Positions 37,181-47,200 of a stretch of 48,767 bases of DNA are shown piece after piece (positions within the stretch are counted from its first letter, which is position 1; every line of letters starts with the position of its first letter). The DNA is from a virus. The stretch covers positions 1 to 48,767 of the IMG/VR virus record IMGVR_UViG_2716884425_000003; one strand, written 5' to 3'. The position numbers and the translations under genes are program-made. A model generated the notes under the pieces. The model searched no databases, was not told the origin of the DNA, and saw only the letters and a program-made list of their open reading frames with translations.

Positions 37181-38029
37181 TTAATCTTCAGAAGGTTTTT
37201 CTTCGCCTTCTTCCTTAACAGCTTCTTCTTTGGGAGCTTCTTCAGTTGGAGCTTCTGCGTCTTCAAACAAGACATCAGTGCCTTGCTCGTCTTGTTGTTC
37301 AGCAAACTTGATTAACTCCTTGAACTGTTCGGGGTCACTAGTTTTACTCACATACCAAAAACTCACGTAATAGAAGAATTTATTAATACACTCAGTTACC
37401 CAATCTTCCTCTTGCTCTTCCATTCTATCATAAACCGCAAGCCTTTCTTCATAGCTTCCTTCTCCGAAAAATGGAGTCTCTTGATCTTCATTAATCTGGT
37501 GGCCTAGATGTAGAACCCACCACAAGATAGTTCTATTACGAGCTCTATTTTCTGCCGTTTGATCGTACAAAGAAGACTGTTGCATTTCAAATTCTTGGAT
37601 TCTGTCTCGAGATTCTCTAATAAAATCTTGGCAATTTAAAAATCTAGCTTGCTCGTCGGGAGTTCTTTCGGCCTTGGTCTTTAGCGCTAGCTTTTGCAAC
37701 TCAACCTGTTTGTCAAAAATTTCATTATACAGAGTATTCCATTCATCTTTTTCTTTCTCTCCTAGTGTACCGCCATCGTTACTAAATCTTTTTTGTAGTA
37801 AGGCTCTAGTTAGCAGTCCTGCTTTTATCCCCTTGGAAAGTTCTACCCCGTAAAAAAGATCTGCTTCGTCAAACAGTTTTCTCGTTGGTTTGCGAAGAAA
37901 AAAGTTTTTATCAACGACTTTTTTAACTTCTTTGGTGGTTGTGACCTCTTCGCCTTTATCATTCTTGGCGGTCTCGGTCTCTTTGACCATCTCCTCTTTT
38001 GGGATAACAAATTCAAATAATTTTTTCAT
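37181..38029 (-). CDS. Putative tail assembly chaperone 1
   Basis: Acidic helical protein between the tube and tape measure genes; assigned by synteny. Confidence 0.5.
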   Translation of the reverse strand: MKKLFEFVIPKEEMVKETETAKNDKGEEVTTTKEVKKVVDKNFFLRKPTRKLFDEADLFYGVELSKGIKAGLLTRALLQKRFSNDGGTLGEKEKDEWNTLYNEIFDKQVELQKLALKTKAERTPDEQARFLNCQDFIRESRDRIQEFEMQQSSLYDQTAENRARNRTILWWVLHLGHQINEDQETPFFGEGSYEERLAVYDRMEEQEEDWVTECINKFFYYVSFWYVSKTSDPEQFKELIKFAEQQDEQGTDVLFEDAEAPTEEAPKEEAVKEEGEEKPSED

Positions 38030-38034
38030 TTCCT

Positions 38035-38262
38035 TTAGCCTTTTATTCTTATATTAAAATTGTCTAGGTGTTCGTCAAATTCTCTTATAGAATCATTGCC
38101 TATATCTAGAACTCTTTTTCTAATTTTTTGGTACTTTTCTTCAGTTATGGGAGCGCCCTTTAAGTCTTCTAATAAAAATAAAAAAGACTTACACAAGTTA
38201 ATAGTCTTGCGTTTATGATGAAATTCTATGAATTCCCTGCCTTTATCCGGAGATGCTTCCAT
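38035..38262 (-). CDS. Small hypothetical protein
   Basis: 75-aa ORF with a purine-rich AGGAAAAAGGAAA leader and TATAAT at 38285-38280. Confidence 0.75.
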   Translation of the reverse strand: MEASPDKGREFIEFHHKRKTINLCKSFLFLLEDLKGAPITEEKYQKIRKRVLDIGNDSIREFDEHLDNFNIRIKG

Positions 38263-38310
38263 TTTCCTTTTTCCTAATTATTATAGAAAAAAGCCAAGGG
38301 TATATAAAAT

Positions 38311-38337
38311 AAAAAACCCCCCATTTCTGGGGGGTTT
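38311..38337 (-). terminator. Intrinsic terminator after the major tail protein gene
   Basis: AAACCCCCC-AGAAAU-GGGGGGUUUUUU. Confidence 0.9.
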
Positions 38338-38361
38338 GGTTTAAGTTAATGTCGGTTAATG

Positions 38362-39486
38362 TTATTGAGAGTTACCGCTCAAGAATAAGCCAACGTCGGT
38401 AGCACCGGACGAACCAATCTGAGCACTCCAGTTAAGAGTCACAGTTTCGTTGTCACCGATACCTTGTGAGAAGCTTTGGCTGTCAAGCTTGGCCTTCTTC
38501 ATTACGATAGCCATGTGGGCGCCGCCGGCACCATTTTTCATGTTGACGATAATCTCTTGGTCAGCGTTGGTATCAACAATATCAACCAAGTTACCAGCGC
38601 TCATCTCACTCATGATTGCATCTACGCTCAGCGTAGTAGTAATCGGGAACGAGATAACACGAGCAAATGCAAATCTACTTCCAAGCTTATTGATCGGCTC
38701 TCTAGCGAGATCAACCGAGCAGTTGAAGCTTTGAATGTGCATATTGGTGTAGTTCGCTCCGCCCTGAGTAGCTGGAAGCGTAAGGGTAACGTCACCCGGC
38801 TTAACAACGCTTGTTCCGTCTAAGGACTCACCAGACGAGTTGTAACCGCTCAAGCGATACACCTCGGTCTTAGCTGTGCCAGCTGCAGCGTCAATTGCGG
38901 GGATTTTACCAGTGGCTGCACCATCATTGTTTCTGTCGAACTTGATGTTCAAGGCTTCTGCAGTCATGCTCGCAGTTGGGAATCCACCCACGGCTGCTTC
39001 GCAAGTCCAGTTGGACAAGAAGGCGTTACCGATACCGATAACAGCATTATCGCCCGTAGCAGCGGCAGTACCAGTAACAACGTCTTTCATATCGTCACCG
39101 TCTTTACCAACGCGAACATAATAGTTTCTCTCGTCAGCGCCATTGGTTAAAATGTCAGACAAAATTCCAGAGAAGTTAGCGCTACTGTGAGCAATGCCAC
39201 TAGTAACAGTAAGACCAATAACGTCTTCATTGTACCAGTTACATGCGTACCACGAACTGTCGAAGTTAACGGTTGGACTCTCCAGAATGATTCTGTCGAT
39301 AGCTGCCAATTCACCGAATTGGTTTACATCAGTACGAGCGACGTCAAACCCATAGTTTGCGCTCTGTACTCGTTTAAGTTGAGTAGGCTGCGTTGCTCCG
39401 GACTCATTACCATAGGCATCATCAGTGCCTTTGTCTGGTCCAGCGTACACGGCCTTACTTTGATAAATTACTCTATTTCGTGCCAT
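38362..39486 (-). CDS. Major tail tube protein
   Basis: 'LKRVQSANYGFDVARTDVNQFG' and a second similar strand pattern 'IQSFNCSVDLAREPINKLG'; Gly/Ala/Ser-rich; followed by a strong terminator; synteny. Confidence 0.75.
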   Translation of the reverse strand: MARNRVIYQSKAVYAGPDKGTDDAYGNESGATQPTQLKRVQSANYGFDVARTDVNQFGELAAIDRIILESPTVNFDSSWYACNWYNEDVIGLTVTSGIAHSSANFSGILSDILTNGADERNYYVRVGKDGDDMKDVVTGTAAATGDNAVIGIGNAFLSNWTCEAAVGGFPTASMTAEALNIKFDRNNDGAATGKIPAIDAAAGTAKTEVYRLSGYNSSGESLDGTSVVKPGDVTLTLPATQGGANYTNMHIQSFNCSVDLAREPINKLGSRFAFARVISFPITTTLSVDAIMSEMSAGNLVDIVDTNADQEIIVNMKNGAGGAHMAIVMKKAKLDSQSFSQGIGDNETVTLNWSAQIGSSGATDVGLFLSGNSQ

Positions 39487-39555
39487 AACTAGTTATTTCC
39501 TTATATTAATATTTTTTTGTTAGTTGTTAGTTTACGGACTGTTATTTAGTCTAGC

Positions 39556-40422
39556 TTAACTCGCGCGAGGAAAGCGGTACCCTTGTAATTCGAAATCAAT
39601 TATTGCCTTAAAAACATCAGGATTGCTGTTATTAAGATTTTCCATATACCCTAAACTAAACCGCGATACTTCGATTTTGTCTAAATAGACCTCATCTGAT
39701 ATCCCGTTCACTAGTCCCGTGTAATTATATACACCTGATTTCAGTCCACCTAGAGCATTAAATGGATATTTATTGTCCGGTAGAATTTTAACGATTTCCT
39801 TTTGAGTATCCTTAAATATTGAGCAAACCGCGTCTAAGTTAAATTGAGAGTCCGCTAGAACAATTGCCCTAACGTTGGTTTTGGTAACGTCTTGACCGCC
39901 AAAGGCCCAAGGTTCATTTTCTCCACCATTATTTTTAATAAAAATGGCTGGATAAGTAGAAACGTTCGAGGCCAAACCCGTCTCAGTCTGAGTGGTAGAT
40001 GGCCTTAGTTTTATAGCGTCCTCGAACAAAAGCTCCTGTTCTGCTTTGCTAGTAAGATAAACGTTAAAGTCTTTAATGGCATAATTACCGCTAACTACAG
40101 TATTACTAGCGACAGAGCCACTTAAGTAAATTTGCCCTTGATCATAATTAATGTCAACAACTGGGTGCTGACCAGTTAATTTTAAATCACTTGCGGATGT
40201 GCCGCTTACGTAAGCTCCGCTTGCTACCGTAGCGCTGTTTATTGAAGAATCTGTTACAAACTGCTTAAACGGCGCTCCGTAAGTCGTGTAACCAAAATAA
40301 GTTCCATCTACTGGGTAATACTTTGAACTATGATTCGTAAAAGCCTCTCCCTTGTCTAGCAGGGTATGGTCAAACCAAAGCATAAAGCTTGATAATACTC
40401 TATTTTCGTACTGAGTTTTCAT
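39556..40422 (-). CDS. Putative tail terminator/completion protein
   Basis: 'TYPAIFIK' motif and position just before the tube gene. Confidence 0.55.
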   Translation of the reverse strand: MKTQYENRVLSSFMLWFDHTLLDKGEAFTNHSSKYYPVDGTYFGYTTYGAPFKQFVTDSSINSATVASGAYVSGTSASDLKLTGQHPVVDINYDQGQIYLSGSVASNTVVSGNYAIKDFNVYLTSKAEQELLFEDAIKLRPSTTQTETGLASNVSTYPAIFIKNNGGENEPWAFGGQDVTKTNVRAIVLADSQFNLDAVCSIFKDTQKEIVKILPDNKYPFNALGGLKSGVYNYTGLVNGISDEVYLDKIEVSRFSLGYMENLNNSNPDVFKAIIDFELQGYRFPRAS

Positions 40423-41021
40423 TTAGTAAAATTCCTTTTAAACGTGTTTAAAATTGCAGACATGTACGACGTTTTCTTAAATACGCCCTGCCTAACTTTT
40501 CCATCGGCCTGTACACCGGTACCAGACCTACTACCTTGAATACCTTTTTGATATATATAGTAGCCCAGTCCTGATATACCTTGCTCTATCTTAAATAGCC
40601 AGCTACCCGGTTCCCAAGGCATTCGGGTCTGACTAGCTAATTGATTTACAGTCGGCATTACTACTCTAAATCCTAAATATACTCTATCTTTAGTTCTTCT
40701 AACAACCCTTGGGGTTCTACCACTAAGGTAAGTACCCATCTTTAATAAATTATAAACATCCCTAACGGGCCTATCCCCTTCGTGAAAACCTATAAAACTA
40801 AATAAATTTCCACCTCCAATTATAGTTCCGCTTATATTACTAGCGCTTGGGCCGGTGTTGATCTCCTGAGAAACAGGGTGACTGATAAAGTCATCCAACA
40901 TGCGTTTCTTTGATTGATCAAATATCTCTTTGCTTTTTCTATATACCTGCTGATGTATTTTTTTATCAGAGGCTAATTTATTCATAGCCTTAGTTCTTAA
41001 AATTTTTGTATACTTGGCCAT
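40419..41021 (-). CDS. Putative neck/tail completion protein (basic)
   Basis: Basic 200-aa protein in the HK97 gp10-like position; synteny. Confidence 0.5.
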   Translation of the reverse strand: MAKYTKILRTKAMNKLASDKKIHQQVYRKSKEIFDQSKKRMLDDFISHPVSQEINTGPSASNISGTIIGGGNLFSFIGFHEGDRPVRDVYNLLKMGTYLSGRTPRVVRRTKDRVYLGFRVVMPTVNQLASQTRMPWEPGSWLFKIEQGISGLGYYIYQKGIQGSRSGTGVQADGKVRQGVFKKTSYMSAILNTFKRNFTK

Positions 41022-41467
41022 TATTTAATTTCTTCTACCATATATACATACAAAGCGTAACCAAAGTGATCTTTCACTGCATCACTACTAGCTAGCTTAA
41101 AGTTCTTGCCATCAAGTACAATCTTTTCGGTTGTGCCGTCGTTTATATAATCTCTAGCTTCAGACTGAACTTTGATAGCAACCATACCCTTGGGAATCTT
41201 TGTTCCCGCAAAGCTGTCTGTCTCTACTTCTTGTTTGCCAGAGTAACGCACCATAGCTTTAAAGCTCTTAGACTTAGCCACGAACTCTACGTTTGTCGGA
41301 GAGGACTCGTGCCCATATCCCGGCAGTAAAGGTGTAGATGGATTTACTGAAGAAATTTTTTGCTGCGGTTCTTTATGAACAACGATGTCGCGCGAAAAAG
41401 TGTCAAACAAATCTATAATAGAATTCCTAAAAGATAACTTATCTGCGTCTGTAAGTAAGCTAGCCAT
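41021..41467 (-). CDS. Putative head closure protein
   Basis: Beta-rich 148 aa with 'KIVLDGKNFKL'; synteny. Confidence 0.55.
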   Translation of the reverse strand: MASLLTDADKLSFRNSIIDLFDTFSRDIVVHKEPQQKISSVNPSTPLLPGYGHESSPTNVEFVAKSKSFKAMVRYSGKQEVETDSFAGTKIPKGMVAIKVQSEARDYINDGTTEKIVLDGKNFKLASSDAVKDHFGYALYVYMVEEIK

Positions 41468-41470
41468 TTA

Positions 41471-41953
41471 TTACTCCTGTTCTCTTGCGTGGTTAGATGA
41501 TCTTGAATAGAGACCCTCGGTTGTGTCTGTACCTGCTACCTGTATTGGGGAAGAAGCGTCAACTTTATAAGCGTGTACTAATTTTTCTAGTTCTTCTAGC
41601 TCAATTTTTTTGGCTGTCTGATAGGTTTGACTTTGTTGTATTTTATTAACTCTTCGGACTGAGGTCCCATCAGACGAAATTTCAACCCACGTATCAGTTG
41701 AAGCTGCACCCAGAGAAGAGCGAAGTTGGGTGTCGTAATAGTGGACCATATACATCTTTTTAAGAATATCTTTTTCTTTTAGCCCAAGAGCCGGAGTCAC
41801 TTCAAAGTCAGTATCTATAGAATAAGTGCCATTTATTCTTGTATTTAAGGTGCCTATGTTGGTCCTAAGCCAAAAGGCAATGGCAGGAATAGAAAGGCTC
41901 GATAACTCGCCTAATTCCATATATACTTCATTTGCTATGTCGACTATCTTCAT
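41471..41953 (-). CDS. Putative head-tail adaptor
   Basis: Helical N-terminus then 'EISSDGTSVRR' hairpin; first gene of the neck cluster. Confidence 0.55.
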   Translation of the reverse strand: MKIVDIANEVYMELGELSSLSIPAIAFWLRTNIGTLNTRINGTYSIDTDFEVTPALGLKEKDILKKMYMVHYYDTQLRSSLGAASTDTWVEISSDGTSVRRVNKIQQSQTYQTAKKIELEELEKLVHAYKVDASSPIQVAGTDTTEGLYSRSSNHAREQE

Positions 41954-41959
41954 ACTAAT

Positions 41960-41968
41960 ATATTACAC
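41960..41968 (-). promoter_or_regulatory. Putative late promoter motif GTGTAATAT
   Basis: GTGTAA-N9-ATG, the same spacing as at 10983. Confidence 0.6.
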
Positions 41969-42013
41969 TAAGAGTTGATTTACTGGTGATTTTTATCATT
42001 TTTTTTAGTTAAT

Positions 42014-44242
42014 TTATAAGGTCAAATTTAAAGAGGTAACGTGGTCTCCAGCACTATTCTTCCAATCTGCTGCGCTTGGCAAAGGCGAACCTAAAACAAA
42101 TTCTCCTACGAATTGTTCGTCGTCTGTTGCTGGATTTTGAACGCCTTTCATGCTGTTGCCAATATTTTTCCACGGAATTGTTCTAATTTGGTATACTTTA
42201 TATATTGTATATAGCTTGCCATTACAGCGTGATTCTCCATTTTCTTGGACATAATATTTTCCAACATAAGTCTCATTAGGATCAAATGCGATTGGATCTA
42301 TATATTTAGAAGCGTTTCCATTTGGTTGAAGATTTGCCTGTTCTGGAGTCAGAATGCGAGACGGGTTCCTCTTCACCATGCTGTTAGCTTCTGTTTGGTC
42401 TAAACACCATATACGAACATACACCAGTCTAGTAGGTTCGTCGTCGTCATATAACTTATGCGGAATTCTGACTATTCTAATTGGGGCAGCTTTAGACCTG
42501 ACGGGTGTTCCGCCGCCATTACTTACCTCACAGTATACAAAATGATTAACATTTAGTCTCGCGCCATTAGGTGCCCCATGACCTTCTGATAGTAAGTAGT
42601 TTTTACTAAAAGTAACAGTGTCGGTGTTAGAGTTTAATTGTGTCACCCCATTTTGATGAGACCTAAACCATTTATACTGAAGATTATCACCGGGATTAGC
42701 GGGTGTAGCTTGAACCGTAAAAGTTAATGAGAACTGCTTACCGCTTCGCTCATCTTTGCTGGAAAGTTCTATTTCTACCGGCTCTGGGTGTTTAGTTATG
42801 GTTGGTGGGGGGTTACAATTTTTCTCATTAGTAGGTCCCACTGTTCCGTTTTGATCAAAACATTCGCATATTTGGTCATCATTGTAAAACACGCCCTGAG
42901 CGCCAAATACAATTTGGTTCGAAGTAATATAATGAGGGTCATCGCTGCGAACCGCCTGATTAGTTGATGCGTTATATTTCCAGTGAGTCCATTCGTCCAG
43001 CTTGCTGGATGTACAATCAGCTGGATTCGCTATATAAGCTCTACGACAAATACCATCTTGCCCCTTGTAAACAAATTCGTTGGGATTCTTTCTATTTCTA
43101 AGCTGTCCAACGAAAGCTCTATTAGCTGCGGCGACCGGATCACTAACCGGCCCACCCGGAAATTCTGGCGCTCCCTTCGCCATTCGATAAAAAGCCATAT
43201 TACCAGTACTAAGAGCGCCAGCTATGTTTAGTTGCTGCAATAAAACGTTATTGGGCGGGTCTTGGCCTTCAGCCAATCTTGGTATTTTTAGCGCAAACTC
43301 AGGAGCCCAAGTTAAAGATGCGGGTAGAGCAGCATCTACAGCAGAGACTGGAGATATAATAACTATCCAGTAGTCTTTTTTACACTCATCACAATTAAAA
43401 AATGTATCATATCCTTGATTTTGATTTCTAGGAAGAATGCCTTGTTGATTTTGCGGTTGAATTTGTGTCCAAGCGTAACAATCATTTGATTTATCTGGGT
43501 ACTCAATAATAGAGGCATTGTTAGTAACTATATGTTTGTTGCCGCCTTGTATTTCAAATATGAAACTCGATAGCTCTGGATCTGTTTCTCCATTACAATC
43601 TATGCAGGGATCTAACTGAAAATATTTTGGGCATACATCTTGCCCGAAGTCGATTACTTCAGGCGTGGGAATTTGACCTGCTCCATTTTCATCGTCTATA
43701 ACAACGCCATTTTCATTGTTTGGTTTTATAACCCTATTCCACTGGGGGTCTTTGGGGCATTCCCATATTTCATTACCATCTTCAGGCTCGTTTTCTCCAT
43801 ACAAATCTTCCTTACTAATTGTGTGCATTTCTACATGAATGTACTTTGCTATTTTAACATGCCCTCGGTTTGTTAAGTAGTTATGCTGTGGAGCAGCAAA
43901 CCATTGTCCGACAAACCCTTGATTCATTGCGTCTGCGTCAGTAAAATAATCCATCCAACCAGCGGATAATTTACCGACATAAGCTATAGCTATTGGGTTG
44001 CCAGCATAAGTAAAAGACATATCCCTAAATCCAACGCTGCCGTTCCATTCTCCATTTCCCCCCTCGGTGTAAGTTCCTATCTGTCCTATTGGGGATATAG
44101 TCGCGTTATTGTTTTGTTGCGCACCGCTACCTCTACACTCGTAAAACGCTACAAACTCATAAGCACAATAAGTAATGTACGGACCTTCCGGAAGTTCCGG
44201 TTCGCCGCAGTTATTTACAGTTGGTTGTTTAATTTCTGCCAT
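42014..44242 (-). CDS. Large Cys-containing protein with an Ig-like domain, probably virion-associated
   Basis: 'PPTITKHPEPV...LTFTVQAT...LQYKWF...VYCEVSN' Ig pattern; 'FFNCDEC' motif. Confidence 0.7.
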   Translation of the reverse strand: MAEIKQPTVNNCGEPELPEGPYITYCAYEFVAFYECRGSGAQQNNNATISPIGQIGTYTEGGNGEWNGSVGFRDMSFTYAGNPIAIAYVGKLSAGWMDYFTDADAMNQGFVGQWFAAPQHNYLTNRGHVKIAKYIHVEMHTISKEDLYGENEPEDGNEIWECPKDPQWNRVIKPNNENGVVIDDENGAGQIPTPEVIDFGQDVCPKYFQLDPCIDCNGETDPELSSFIFEIQGGNKHIVTNNASIIEYPDKSNDCYAWTQIQPQNQQGILPRNQNQGYDTFFNCDECKKDYWIVIISPVSAVDAALPASLTWAPEFALKIPRLAEGQDPPNNVLLQQLNIAGALSTGNMAFYRMAKGAPEFPGGPVSDPVAAANRAFVGQLRNRKNPNEFVYKGQDGICRRAYIANPADCTSSKLDEWTHWKYNASTNQAVRSDDPHYITSNQIVFGAQGVFYNDDQICECFDQNGTVGPTNEKNCNPPPTITKHPEPVEIELSSKDERSGKQFSLTFTVQATPANPGDNLQYKWFRSHQNGVTQLNSNTDTVTFSKNYLLSEGHGAPNGARLNVNHFVYCEVSNGGGTPVRSKAAPIRIVRIPHKLYDDDEPTRLVYVRIWCLDQTEANSMVKRNPSRILTPEQANLQPNGNASKYIDPIAFDPNETYVGKYYVQENGESRCNGKLYTIYKVYQIRTIPWKNIGNSMKGVQNPATDDEQFVGEFVLGSPLPSAADWKNSAGDHVTSLNLTL

Positions 44243-44251
44243 AATATTTCA

Positions 44252-47200
44252 TTAACAATTATCACAATCATTTTGGCATGCAGTGCAATCTGCGTAAGTA
44301 GTTGCAGTGCCACCGTTAGTAACCCCCTCAACAACTGAATCTGACAGGACGGTGGCCACCACCGTCGCTGGGTCGGGATTCGACCCGTAAATATCTTCAC
44401 CGGGATTATATGTATACCCGTCGACGGTATAAGATACAAATCTAGCACAGAATGGTTCACACAGTATACTTTCGTCAAGCGAACCGATTATTATATACGG
44501 AGAAGACGCACTATAGCTGTTGTCTTCTTGACTTTGATTTTCATTACCAAAAACAAGTATTGTATCGCTTGAACCACATGCTTGCATTGCGTAAATTGCG
44601 CTGTCGCAGTCGCAACAATCGCTGTCACCGCCGCCGCCTTCATCACCGGTTGCCTCTGTCGCTGTCGGCGTCGGGGTGTGAGTTGCTGTCGCTGTCTCGA
44701 CTGCTGTAACAGTTGGGGTAGCGCTAGGGGTTTCTGTCACAGTGGAAGTGGGAGTTGTCCCGCAGTCATTCCACGCTATTGTAAGGTTAGGATAACTTAC
44801 GTCGGACGGAAGATCTCCGCCCGTACTACTCGCCACAGAAAGTTCTTCGTCGCCCGGAAAACCATATCCGCCCTGATGCTTCCAGACTCGCCAATAATCT
44901 CCGCTATAAAATATATTAACACTAGTGCTATGCAGTGAAGACCATTCATAGATTCTATGCGGCCATTCTTTAATTCGATATCTCTGTACACCGTTATGTG
45001 TCATATAACCATCATCAGAATATATTATGTCTTCTAATGGAGACAAACTTAAACTTGAATTTAAACTAGTTCCTGCACTTTCTATAGTTAAACATTTTTC
45101 ACCTTCGGTCGTTGACGTTGGCGTTGATGATGGGGTAGGCGTATAGGTATTAGTCGGCGTTGCGCTAGCACTTTGAGTTGGGCAGTTACACCCAGCGATT
45201 TGATATAAGGTACCGCCAGTATAATCCGGTTGCGATCCTGCATTATATCCACCGTAATCCCAAGTTAAACCGTCTATAGTAAGAGAGCTACCTGCGCTAA
45301 TTCCCGTTCCGTTAATTTCTATATCATCTTGCCCCTTATTATCAATTACTATAGAACCACTAACCCAAGACGGAGCGGCAGCGCAATCACTATGTTGATT
45401 ATACCAAACCTTAAAGCCGCCATCGCTCTGCATGAAACCGTTAATTTGTTCTGGCGGGTCTGAAGTGCTGCTGGAGCATCCAGCATATATGTCATCTACA
45501 AACTGTAATTCCCAAGTTTCACAAAGTTCAGATCCCGTAGCTGATTGACTTGATTGGCCATAGTAAACAGCATCGCTAGCTTTATCATATTTTACATAAA
45601 GGTCTAGGTCTGGATAAGGATCGCCCGCTGGCCAATCTAATTTAAAGGTTATATCATAATCACAATCTGCTGGGCTGTCTGTCGAAGTTACTGTTGACGT
45701 CCCCCCATAAGGTTGCGTGGCTGTCACTGTGTGCGTAATTGTCGGCGTGTCTGTGGCGCTCTCGGTCGGTGTATCTGTGGCAGTTTCGGTCGGCGTGACT
45801 GTAGCCGTGGAAGTCGTACAATCTGGGCGAGCCGTAAGTATTTTCCCATGTCCCAAGGCGGTCAGGTGAAGATATACCCACCCCAAGCTCATATCAAAAG
45901 CTTTCCAAGTGGCATCACTGGGGCAATCATCTTCTCCATCTACCGACTCAAGAATTACTCCCAAGCCCGTACTGCCCCCGCAATAACTAGAAGTACCAAG
46001 TGTGCCTGTTAATCTCCAGCGCCTCGCAGAGCTACACCAGTAAATATGACCATTTGGATCAGATGCCCAACTATGTTTACTTTTCCAATATGGCCTACCA
46101 TTATGGTAACCCTCTTTTTCATACAGGCCATCCCCGCTATTTCCATAACTACCAGTACTCTTTACTTCTATACATTGAGGGCAAATATCTGTAACTGTAG
46201 CCGTGGCGGTAGATGTAGGTGTAAGCTGAGTAGCAGTTGCTGTGGAGGTAGGCGTATCTGTTTGAGTCGGCGTATCTGTTTGGGTCGGCGTATCCGTAGC
46301 GCTCTCGGTCGGCGTATCCGTAGCGCTCTCGGTCGGTGTATTAGTTGCCGTATCAGTCTGAGTTGCCGTATCAGTCTGAGTTGGAGTAGCGCTAACGCTA
46401 GCGGTTGCACTAGCGCTAGCGCTCTCCGTTGCACTCAACGTACTGGAGGGAGTAGCACTACCAGTATCAGTTGCAGTTGCAGAAATTGTGGGTGTTTCAG
46501 ATGCGGTGGGAGTTTCTGTAAATTCACAAGCCGGACAGTCAACAAAGATCTGCAGGTCCGGAAAAGCATCTTGCAAAGTAGCGTGAGTTGGACCACTAGC
46601 CCTATTATAAATATCCCGAGTTGTTCCGCCTACAGCCCTGCCTCTATATCTTGCTGGATTCCTACTATCGTTAGAATAAGTTGGTACGCCACTAGAATTT
46701 AGTTCTATCAAGGCTACGAAAGATGCCCTTCTATCTCCATACAAAACTCCACCAGTAAAACATCCGCCGCCAGTTTTGTAAGCCTGAGAAGAATTTAAAA
46801 AGTTACCCCCAGCGTGATTTTCATCTAAGAAAATTGCTATCAACCCCGGCATACCAGCATCTCTGTAGTCTTTTAAAGTTCCAGTAAAACTACAAGGCAT
46901 CAGGCCAATAACCACTCTTCTTTCTGCATATTCAGTAGCTGTAGGTGAGTCTATACTAGTTTCGGTTGGGGAAGCTGTCTGAGTTGGAGTTTCTGATTTG
47001 GTCGCGGTCGGTGTTTGCGTGGTCGTAACCGTACAAGTTGGCCCCTGCGTCGGCGTAGCATTTACAGCCCCCACTATCTCACCGCAGTCTTCAATTTCTA
47101 TAAAGCACTCTCCATTTTTACCTACGTTGGGGAAATCGCCAGTTAAGGTGCAACTTGTATTATCATTAGGAAAGCTTAAACCGTTAATAGAATTATAAAA

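Noticed and set aside
38362-41953. Contractile tail (sheath or baseplate wedge genes)
   Set aside because: No sheath-sized gene lies between the neck and tube genes, and the tail tip is lambda-type.
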